In this document: positions 25,060 to 32,000 of the stretch, one piece after another
Numbering within the stretch: the first letter of the stretch is position 1
How the letters are laid out: every line of letters starts with the position of its first letter
Assembly (NCBI RefSeq): GCF_002075285.3
Contig: NZ_CP021983.2
Location: 5,310,001 to 5,342,000, forward strand
DNA from: Halomicronema hongdechloris C2206
GTDB lineage: Bacteria > Cyanobacteriota > Cyanobacteriia > Phormidesmidales > Phormidesmidaceae
Length of the DNA: 32,000 bases
Direction: 5' to 3'
Position numbers and translations under genes: made by a program
The notes under the pieces: model-generated
The model's database searches: none
What the model was told of the DNA's origin: nothing
The model's input: the letters and a program-made list of their open reading frames with translations, nothing else

Positions 25060-25644
25060 TTAAATATTGTCTGCTTTTTCAATATAAGGTCTCAAGCTGT
25101 TGAGATCGAGATAGCGATCGGTAGCATTGCGTAGCTCGCGAGCAATCATGCCTTCAGTGGATACTACAGTAATGTGTGTGCTCTTAGAGCGCAGCAGTTC
25201 AATGGCCCGTTCAAAATCACCATCACCACTGAACAATACGACCCGATCATACTGATCGACCGTATTAAACATATCTACAACAATTTCAATATCTAAATTT
25301 GCTTTTTGAGAGTACCGACCTGAGTTATCGTCGTAATACTCCTTTAAGATCTTGGTGCGGACTGTGTATCCTAAGCTAATTAATGCGTCTCGAAACCCCC
25401 GCTGATCCTGAGGATCCTTGAGTCCTGTGTACCAGAAAGCATTGACTAAGCGGAGCCCACCATCTTCATGGGTGAAATATTCAAGGACTCGTTTTGGATC
25501 AAAGAACCACCCGTTTTTCTGCTGAGCGTAAAACATATTATTTCCATCTATAAAGATAGAAAGACGCTTCAGGTAGTTCGACATAGAAGGGCGGGACTGA
25601 TCAACATGAATAGGAGGGGTAATAAGTGTATTTTTGGGTGCCAT
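25060..25644 (-). CDS. NYN-domain (LabA/DUF88-like) predicted RNase
   Basis: LSIFIDGNNMFYAQ near the N-terminus and VVLFSGDGDFERAIELLRSKSTHITVVS are the acidic-residue blocks typical of the LabA-like PIN/NYN fold. The gene is much more AT-rich than its surroundings. Confidence 0.88.
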   Translation of the reverse strand: MAPKNTLITPPIHVDQSRPSMSNYLKRLSIFIDGNNMFYAQQKNGWFFDPKRVLEYFTHEDGGLRLVNAFWYTGLKDPQDQRGFRDALISLGYTVRTKILKEYYDDNSGRYSQKANLDIEIVVDMFNTVDQYDRVVLFSGDGDFERAIELLRSKSTHITVVSTEGMIARELRNATDRYLDLNSLRPYIEKADNI

Positions 25645-26009
25645 ATAAATTTTAACTGCCGAGGGTTGTTATGGAAAATAGTTGGGATATGCTAGTAAAG
25701 TTATATATGAATGACATTAACAGTAAAGAGTCAACGGTCATCGACCTTCTATCTATTGAACCTCTATTTATTGGGTAAGTCAGCGGCCACAAAATTAAAA
25801 TAAGTAGACATATGCCCCCTGAGAAGAATCCGGAAGGGAAGAACATAGCCTACCGATGACTTGTATGGAGTTTGGGCTTAGACCTTCTTAGAAAAGATTG
25901 TCTGAACAGCTGTAAATACCAACCTGGTTATCATACAAGTGAGAGTTAACAGTATAGATAATAAACACTACTTTAGCATAATACTCCTGTTCTGTTGGAT
26001 TTAGCAGTC

Positions 26010-26813
26010 ATGATGACTGATCCAGATGCGTTGCTCCCCCTTTCCCAAGGACACCTGACATTGTTGGAAGTCTGTCCTCGTAAATTTCAGCATGTCTATC
26101 TGGATGGATTATCTGGGCCGATAGATCCTGATCAGTTATACGGTCAGCGATGGGGAAGTCAGTTTCATCGGCTCATGCAACAGCAAATCTTGGGATTGCC
26201 GTTGACGCCTTTGCCAGCCGACGGCGCTGATTTGCTGGGGTGTCTGAGCGCTTTGTTAGAGGCAGCGCCAGATCTGTTCCAGAAAGGGGGAACTCCATTC
26301 CGCCAGAGTGAGCATCGCCGGACCTTGGCCTGTAATGGTTATCTCCTGACAGGCATTTACGATCTCCTGATATTGACCGCGAATACTGGCCACATCCTTG
26401 ATTGGAAGACGCATTTGTCTCCCCGCAGTTCCGCAGCCTTGCAGCAGGACTGGCAAACTCGTCTCTATCTCTACTTGTTAGTAGAAACCACCGAGCTACT
26501 TCCTGAACAGGTGGCGATGACCTATTGGTTTGTGCGTTGTCGAGATCCTCAAACTGGAGATTGGACACCTCAGCGAGTTCGATTAGGCTATTCCCTAGAG
26601 CGCCATGAGCAAACCCGCCGCGATCTTTTGAGGCTGACAAACCAGCTGAGCCAACTCAGGTACCAATCGCGACCGTTTCCTCAGGTGGATATTAGTCAGG
26701 GGATTTGCGATCGCTGCCCCTTTGTGATTCGGTGTCAGCGCCACAACCACTCAGAACCTGGAACCAGCGATGGCTGGCCAGCCCCAGCCACTATTGCCGA
26801 GGTGCCGATCTAA
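26010..26813 (+). CDS. PD-(D/E)XK nuclease, Cas4/AddB-like, with a 4-Cys (Fe-S type) arrangement
   Basis: LTLLEVCPRKFQHVY, GSQFHRLMQ, IYDLLIL, ILDWKT (D/E-x-K), QTRLYLYLL (QxxxY) and the C-terminal CDRCPFVIRC, giving C...CxxCx5C. The ORF track starts at TTG 25995; the first ATG is at 26010. Confidence 0.8.
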   Translation: MMTDPDALLPLSQGHLTLLEVCPRKFQHVYLDGLSGPIDPDQLYGQRWGSQFHRLMQQQILGLPLTPLPADGADLLGCLSALLEAAPDLFQKGGTPFRQSEHRRTLACNGYLLTGIYDLLILTANTGHILDWKTHLSPRSSAALQQDWQTRLYLYLLVETTELLPEQVAMTYWFVRCRDPQTGDWTPQRVRLGYSLERHEQTRRDLLRLTNQLSQLRYQSRPFPQVDISQGICDRCPFVIRCQRHNHSEPGTSDGWPAPATIAEVPI

Positions 26814-26913
26814 GCGATCTGGTTAGCTGAGCCCAGGTCTTAGGGGCTGCAGGTGGCTTGATGACGTCTCTGGCAGGTCGGCCCGAACTTGACGAGCATT
26901 TGTGATACCTATT

Positions 26914-26949
26914 ATTGATTCATATCAATCATATTTAATAAATGATTGA
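26914..26949. promoter_or_regulatory. Nested inverted repeats upstream of ndhF3; candidate LysR-type (CcmR/NdhR) operator
   Basis: ATTGA (26914-26918) - 6 nt - TCAAT (26925-29). In addition, a perfect 8-bp inverted repeat TCAATCAT (26925-32) - 9 nt - ATGATTGA (26942-49). The right arm overlaps a TTGACA hexamer (26946-51). The site is embedded in an AT-rich block. Confidence 0.45.
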
Positions 26950-27222
26950 CAAAAGACTATCAAAACGGTGGACTCCTGACCCTCGGGACGCTAAACTTTT
27001 CTTTATATAGATTTTTGTCTATCCAAAACTAAGGCTTCATAGATTCAGGTTCGACTTTCCGGCTAGGCTGATCGCAGCAGTCATCTGGTGCGGCTGCAGT
27101 AATTACCTGTCTCAGGGCTGGCAGTGGCTAGCTGGCCGACTGCAAAGGCAGTTTGCCTGTCTAGGCGGATGTCGTTAACTGGCTATGGTTTGTTGATGTG
27201 ACTACCTGTGGGCTTATCATCC

Positions 27223-29067
27223 ATGCAGCAGATTTTGATCCAGAGCAGTTGGCTGATTCCTCTTTATCCATTGCTGGGAGCTGTTTTGACCATTCCCTGG
27301 TCTCCAGCCTTCATCCGGCGCACCGGGCCTCGCCCGGCAGGCTACATCAATTTGGTCATGACCCTGGTGGCGTTTCTCCACAGTTTGATGGCCTGTATTC
27401 AAGCTTGGGGCGAGCCGGCTCAGATGTACTACTTGCCTTGGCTGCAGGTGACTGGATTTGAGTTCACTCTGCCCCTGGAAATTTCAGCGGTGACCTTAGG
27501 GGGGGCCATATTGGTCACTGGCCTCAATCTCTTGGCCCAGATATACGCTGTGGGCTATCTGGAGATGGATTGGGGGTGGGCGCGATTCTATGCCATGTTG
27601 GCCTTTTTCGAGGCCGGCATGTGTGCCTTGCTCCTGTGTAATTCCCTCTTCTTCAGCTATATGCTGCTGGAGATTCTCACCTTGGGCACCTATTTGCTGG
27701 TGGGCTTCTGGTACAACCAGTCCCTGGTGGTTACGGGGGCCCGCGATGCCTTTCTAACCAAGCGGGTCGGCGATCTGGTCTTGCTGATGGGAGTCTTAGC
27801 CCTCTATCCGTTGGCGGGCACCTGGGACTTTGACCAGCTGGCGATCTGGGCCCAGACGGCTGAGGTCGATCCAACGCTGATGACTCTGGTCGCCGTGGCC
27901 CTGGTGGCTGGCCCCATGAGTAAGTGCGCCCAGTTTCCTCTGCATTTGTGGCTGGATGAGGTGATGGAAGGGGCGTTGCCCAGCACGATTCTGCGGAATA
28001 CGGTGGTGGTGGCTACGGGTGCCTGGGTCTTGATCAAGTTGGAACCGGTTATATTTCTGTCGCCGACGGCCTGTGAGATCACGATCGCCATCGGAGCGAT
28101 TACAGCCGTAGGGGGTGCCCTGATCTCGGCAGCTCAGATCGATATCAAGCGAATCTTGTCTTACTTGACCAGTGCGGTGATGGGGTTGGTGTTCATCGCC
28201 GTGGGAGCCCATCAGAGTGAGGCCGCTCTATTGTTGGTGCTGACCCATGCCTTGGCCAATGCACTCCTGACCATGTCGGCCGGCTCTATCATCATTAACT
28301 GCATTACTCAGGATGTGACTCAGTTAGGGGGGCTGTGGTCTCGCCGCCCGGTGACGGGACTGTCAATGCTGGTCGGCATAGTTGGCTTTGTGGCCATTCC
28401 CCCCTTTGGTGGGTTTTGGGCCTTACTGAAGCTGCTCGATGGTCTCTGGGTCGACCATCAAGGCTTGTTGGTGGCCATCGTGTTGTTGGTGAATTGGGTG
28501 ATGGCGTTTAGCCTGATGCGATTGTTTGGGTTGATATTTGCCGGATCGTCTCAACAGATGACGATACGAGCCCCTGAGCCTATCTGGCTGATGGTGATGC
28601 CCATGACCATTGGCCTGGGCCTAACTCTACACCTGCCCCTGATACTGCAAGGTCTCGGGCTCCTGCCCACCTGGATGGCACTGAATAAGGATATGGCGTT
28701 GCTGACGATCTGGTCCAGTCTGTTGGGACTTGCGATCGCAACCTTGATCTACATTACTCGCCTCGTGGACAACCCTACTGCCCTAGTGGAGCGACGCATT
28801 CAGCAACTGCTGGCCTATGACTTCTATACTCCTCGGCTCTATCGAGCCACCGTAGTCTGGTTCGTCGATAGCCTATCGCGCTTGACCGACTGGCTGGATC
28901 GCTATGTGGTCGATGGGTTTGTCAACCTGGTGGGCTTGGCCTCCGTATTCGGTGGAGAAACGCTGAAATATGGCAACACCGGCCAATTCCAGTTCTACGC
29001 CCTGACCATATCGCTGGGGGTAATTGTGATCACGCTGCTGATGAGTTGGCAGTACCTGCCTTGGTAG
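27223..29067 (+). CDS. ndhF3: NAD(P)H-quinone oxidoreductase subunit F, CO2-uptake type (NDH-1MS)
   Basis: NuoL/NdhF-family polytopic protein (WLIPLYPLLGA..., NQSLVVTGARDAFLTKRVGDLVLLMGV). Assigned as F3 because of the F-D-cupA gene order. The ORF track starts at GTG 27208; ATG 27223 gives the usual N-terminus. Confidence 0.85.
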   Translation: MQQILIQSSWLIPLYPLLGAVLTIPWSPAFIRRTGPRPAGYINLVMTLVAFLHSLMACIQAWGEPAQMYYLPWLQVTGFEFTLPLEISAVTLGGAILVTGLNLLAQIYAVGYLEMDWGWARFYAMLAFFEAGMCALLLCNSLFFSYMLLEILTLGTYLLVGFWYNQSLVVTGARDAFLTKRVGDLVLLMGVLALYPLAGTWDFDQLAIWAQTAEVDPTLMTLVAVALVAGPMSKCAQFPLHLWLDEVMEGALPSTILRNTVVVATGAWVLIKLEPVIFLSPTACEITIAIGAITAVGGALISAAQIDIKRILSYLTSAVMGLVFIAVGAHQSEAALLLVLTHALANALLTMSAGSIIINCITQDVTQLGGLWSRRPVTGLSMLVGIVGFVAIPPFGGFWALLKLLDGLWVDHQGLLVAIVLLVNWVMAFSLMRLFGLIFAGSSQQMTIRAPEPIWLMVMPMTIGLGLTLHLPLILQGLGLLPTWMALNKDMALLTIWSSLLGLAIATLIYITRLVDNPTALVERRIQQLLAYDFYTPRLYRATVVWFVDSLSRLTDWLDRYVVDGFVNLVGLASVFGGETLKYGNTGQFQFYALTISLGVIVITLLMSWQYLPW

Positions 29068-29147
29068 TGTCCTCCAACAGGGCAACAAGGGTGATCATCA
29101 TTCATTCGCAATTTATTCACTAGTGTTCGTTTACCGGATCACGCACC

Positions 29148-30728
29148 ATGCTTAGTCCTTTAATTTGGCTCCCCATCCTCGGCGCCTTGGTAATCGGCGG
29201 CTTACCCCTACGCGTCACGGGGCAGCAGGCCCGGGCCGGTGCCCTGGCCATATCGGGTACCGCTATTCTCTGGACCCTATGGCTGTTTAGCCAATATGAC
29301 CTGAATCAAGGCGGGCTGCAATGCCATGAATATTTACCCTGGCTACCGGCGCTGGGGCTAAACTATGACCTCGGCCTGGATGGTCTGTCCCTGCTGATGG
29401 TGGCCCTCAACAGCCTGATCACCTGGATTGCGGTATGGAGTAGTTCGCCCCAAATAGAGCGGCCCCGTCTGTTCTATGGACTGTTGCTGTTTGTTAGCGG
29501 TGGCGTGGCCGGTGCCTTCCTGGCTCAAAATCTATTGTTGTTCTTCCTGCTGTACGAGCTAGAGCTAGTGCCTTTCTATCTGCTGATTTGCATCTGGGGA
29601 GGCGAAAAGCGAGTCTATGCGGCTACCAAGTTCTTGCTCTACACCGCCACCTCGGGGGTATTGATCCTGGCAGGATTCCTGGGGACGGTCTGGCTCAGTG
29701 GTGCCACCGACTTCACCTTCCGGGCCGTGATGGGGGAGTCGCTGCCGGTGACCTGGCAGTTTATCCTGCTGGGGCTGTTGCTAGTGGGGTTTGGCATCAA
29801 GATTCCCTTAGTGCCCCTGCATACCTGGCTGCCTGATACCTATGTGGCGGCGTCTACCCCGGTGGCCATGCTTCTGGGCGGCGTCCTGGCCAAGCTCGGC
29901 ACCTATGGCATCTTCCGCTTCGGGCTCACCCTCTTTCCCGATGCCTGGACCACTTTGGCCCCTTACTTAGCGATATGGGCGGCCATCAGCATCATTTACG
30001 GAGCGGTTACGGCCATTGCCCAAAAAGATATCAAGCGTATGGTGGCCTACAGTTCCATTGGTCATATGGGCTATGTGCTCCTAGGGGGAGCGGCCTTGAC
30101 CGATCTGGCCCTGACTGGAGCCGTGACTCAGATGGTTTCCCATGGGGTGATTCTGGCGATTCTGTTCCACCTAGTCGGCATTGTGGAAGCCAAGGTGGGG
30201 ACTCGGGAACTAAATGTGTTGAATGGATTGATGAACCCGATTCGGGGCCTGCCTATGGTCAGTGCCCTGTTGGTGATGGCTGGCATGGCCAGTGCCGGGA
30301 TCCCGGGTCTGATGGGATTCGTGACTGAGTTTCTAGTATTTCAGGGCAGTTATCAGGTCTATCCGATCCCCACCCTATTGGGGGTAGTGGGTACAGGGGT
30401 GACAGCGGTGTACTTCGTGATTTTGCTGAATCGCACTTGCTTTGGCCGCTTGGATAATGCCATTGCCTATTTTCCCAAGGTGGAGTTTTCGGAACGGTTT
30501 CCTGCCTTTGTGTTGGCTGCCATGATTCTGTTTTTTGGCATTCAGCCCCAGGCTCTGATGTCTTGGGGAGAGTCGGCGGCGACGACGGTCATGACGGCGA
30601 TGACGGAACCAGTGCCGACTCCATCGGCGACCACGGCTGCCCCCTCCTCAGGCTTGACGGTGTCTGCAGCCGAGCCGATGCCTTCTGGTTCCAACCCATC
30701 CCCGAATCCGACTCAGCCATGTATTTGA
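29148..30728 (+). CDS. ndhD3: NAD(P)H-quinone oxidoreductase subunit D (chain 4), CO2-uptake type
   Basis: NuoM/NdhD family (LLYELELVPFYLLICIWGGEKRVYAATKFLLYTATSG; HTWLPDTYVAASTPVAMLLGGVLAKLG). Located between ndhF3 and cupA. Confidence 0.85.
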   Translation: MLSPLIWLPILGALVIGGLPLRVTGQQARAGALAISGTAILWTLWLFSQYDLNQGGLQCHEYLPWLPALGLNYDLGLDGLSLLMVALNSLITWIAVWSSSPQIERPRLFYGLLLFVSGGVAGAFLAQNLLLFFLLYELELVPFYLLICIWGGEKRVYAATKFLLYTATSGVLILAGFLGTVWLSGATDFTFRAVMGESLPVTWQFILLGLLLVGFGIKIPLVPLHTWLPDTYVAASTPVAMLLGGVLAKLGTYGIFRFGLTLFPDAWTTLAPYLAIWAAISIIYGAVTAIAQKDIKRMVAYSSIGHMGYVLLGGAALTDLALTGAVTQMVSHGVILAILFHLVGIVEAKVGTRELNVLNGLMNPIRGLPMVSALLVMAGMASAGIPGLMGFVTEFLVFQGSYQVYPIPTLLGVVGTGVTAVYFVILLNRTCFGRLDNAIAYFPKVEFSERFPAFVLAAMILFFGIQPQALMSWGESAATTVMTAMTEPVPTPSATTAAPSSGLTVSAAEPMPSGSNPSPNPTQPCI

Positions 30729-30753
30729 TAGAGACGCTACTGGAGGCTCATCT

Positions 30754-32000
30754 ATGACGACGGCAACCCTATCCTCTCCATCTTCAATCATTCCACCGTC
30801 CCGCCATCCCCATGCCGATGTGATTCATCGCCTGGAGGCTGGGGGCTCGATGCTGCCGGATACGCCGGACAACTTGATGCAGATCATCGCTATCTATAAG
30901 GCCTATGCCGTACCGATGGACTTTTACTGGCGGGATCTGCTCTACATTGCCGAGCGGGTATTCTTGGATCCGCTGCCAGCCTTTAAGTACTTTCTGCCCC
31001 AAGAGTATCTGGATCTGCCCAATCACTATGCCGGAGATACCGCCGATCTACGCATCTGGCGGGGACCGGCTACGGCCCATCCGGAGTTGTTGGAGTTCAT
31101 GGCCCAGGGGGAAGTGAAGCGCAGGTGGCCGAAGCTATTCCATCACCTCTGGCATGACCGGGTGAATATGGAGTTTGCCGAGGCCTGTATGCAGGCGATG
31201 TTCTGGCATCAGGATATGGGCGGCCGCTTCAATGATTATTTGTACACGGATGAGTACAAGCAGGCATGCGATCGCACCATCAAGGCCTACTTCAAAGGCA
31301 ACCCGCTGATGCTGGGCCTGCACAAGCTATTCCCGGAGATGTTCTACGAAAAATGTCGAGAACTCTCCTACTACGCCAACCTAGGGTTGTTCTGGGAGGT
31401 AATGGCTCCGGTTTTCTTCGAGATGTCAGACATCTACGACGAGGGCGGCTTCCAGGGAGTCCCCGACGCCATGGATTTCCTAGTCAACGGCATCTTCGCC
31501 GTGGCCGGGCGTCCCATCTACCACCATGTCTATATTGACGGCGAATGCTTCGAGTTAATCCCCAAATCCTGTGGCTTCACCTGGCTCTACGAGGCTGCTC
31601 TGCCTTATGTGGAAGCCGTGTTCTACCGCACTGCCCCCTTCCGCGGCACCAAGTCCTACAACGCCCAAGCCCACCAAGTGCCTGATGACCAGCACGACTT
31701 CCACTACGGCATCCTCTACGCCGATGTCTTCCCGGTGGGCAGTGCCGGCATTCCCCCCACCCTGCTGATGCAAGACATGCTGCATTTTCTCCCCCCTTAC
31801 CTGCTGGACCATTACCGCCAGTACTGCCGCGGCGAAGACGACATGCTGATTCAACTGGGGATTACCTTCCAACGGTCCATGTATAACGTCACCTCCGCCG
31901 TGATTCAGGCCCTGCGCACGGCTCTACTGTATCCCTTAGATGATCCTAATCCGCGCCATCGCCAGGCCAATCGTGCCTTCTTCGAGGCCCAAATGGATCG
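30754..32000 (+). CDS. cupA: CO2 hydration protein CupA (ChpY), N-terminal 415 codons (3' end outside window)
   Basis: I translated the frame from ATG 30754 (GGAGG 8 nt upstream) to the window edge by hand and found no stop: MTTATLSSPSS...DFYWRDLLYIAERVFLD...HHLWHDRVNMEFAEACMQAMFWHQ...YRTAPFRGTKSYNAQAH.... It already exceeds the roughly 375-aa length I recall for CupB, which supports CupA. Confidence 0.88.
   Translation, partial: MTTATLSSPSSIIPPSRHPHADVIHRLEAGGSMLPDTPDNLMQIIAIYKAYAVPMDFYWRDLLYIAERVFLDPLPAFKYFLPQEYLDLPNHYAGDTADLRIWRGPATAHPELLEFMAQGEVKRRWPKLFHHLWHDRVNMEFAEACMQAMFWHQDMGGRFNDYLYTDEYKQACDRTIKAYFKGNPLMLGLHKLFPEMFYEKCRELSYYANLGLFWEVMAPVFFEMSDIYDEGGFQGVPDAMDFLVNGIFAVAGRPIYHHVYIDGECFELIPKSCGFTWLYEAALPYVEAVFYRTAPFRGTKSYNAQAHQVPDDQHDFHYGILYADVFPVGSAGIPPTLLMQDMLHFLPPYLLDHYRQYCRGEDDMLIQLGITFQRSMYNVTSAVIQALRTALLYPLDDPNPRHRQANRAFFEAQMD

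Larger units (their letters stand above)
659..31275. repeat. Dispersed HIP1 octamer GCGATCGC, at least 16 copies
   Basis: Exact copies read at 659, 3264, 4589, 5725, 6495, 9471, 10755, 12215, 14944, 16393, 20704, 21157, 23522, 26707, 28732 and 31268 (start positions). Confidence 0.95.

Noticed and set aside
24698-26000. A genomic island integrated at tRNA-Glu, suggested by the AT-rich block directly after the tRNA and by the 9-mer CTATCTATT at 24849 and 25749 flanking the NYN gene.
   Set aside because: I found no integrase, recombinase or transposase and no copy of the tRNA 3' end downstream. A 9-mer match between two AT-rich flanks of a few hundred nt each is plausible by chance. The compositional anomaly is reported, but the island claim is not made.
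1187-31872. Many 60-140-codon ORFs nested in or antisense to longer genes, for example 1187-1453, 2627-2815, 5203-5505, 6455-6813, 9023-9712, 9854-10213, 15648-16061, 17238-17486, 21249-22261, 26173-26640, 27796-28212, 29588-30328 and 31135-31872.
   Set aside because: Their Arg/Pro/Gly/Ser-rich compositions are typical of off-frame translation of GC-rich coding DNA. Each overlaps a gene with strong family motifs, and none shows a recognisable motif.
1-32000. I searched by eye for CRISPR arrays, IS elements or inverted terminal repeats, group I/II introns, rRNA, tmRNA, RNase P RNA and known riboswitch cores.
   Set aside because: I found no regularly spaced 25-40-nt repeats, no transposase, reverse transcriptase or integrase ORF, and no conserved cores such as GGAAAGTCCGGGC for RNase P or a tmRNA acceptor/T-arm. 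A proper Infernal/Rfam scan is still needed.

Overview
This 32-kb window looks like a cyanobacterial chromosome. Evidence: at least 16 copies of the HIP1 octamer GCGATCGC, NDH-1MS CO2-uptake genes, a fibrillin gene, a lumenal-type pentapeptide protein and a chloroplast-like tRNA-Glu(UUC). All family names come from motif recognition by eye and memory; no searches were run. I call about 33 protein genes and one tRNA. I see no rRNA, CRISPR array, transposase or integrase. Most content is core housekeeping: rpsN (partial), aat, cdsA, FKBP PPIase, acyP, a hotdog thioesterase, a pentapeptide protein, an NnrU-family protein, apt, an orphan peptide-type ABC permease, fibrillin, mraY, phnD-phnC-phnE (fused double permease), sfsA and tRNA-Glu. 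The window ends with the inducible CO2-uptake operon ndhF3-ndhD3-cupA, which runs off the 3' edge. I cannot demonstrate a clear novel multi-gene system from sequence alone. The best candidates for a second look are listed here.
1. An AT-rich patch beside tRNA-Glu holds a NYN/LabA-like RNase-fold gene and a Cas4/AddB-like Fe-S PD-(D/E)XK nuclease gene, transcribed divergently.
2. A 558-aa protein fuses a long Gln/Leu coiled coil to a DMT/EamA-like membrane domain.
3. A secreted GH55-like protein with two beta-helix domains sits next to the phn transporter.
4. An unannotated 51-codon ORF is ATGA-coupled to a small acidic protein, behind a long non-coding leader.
5. Nested inverted repeats upstream of ndhF3 look like a LysR (CcmR/NdhR) operator.
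6. Several unusually long non-coding spacers carry perfect palindromes, strong hairpins and short tandem duplications.
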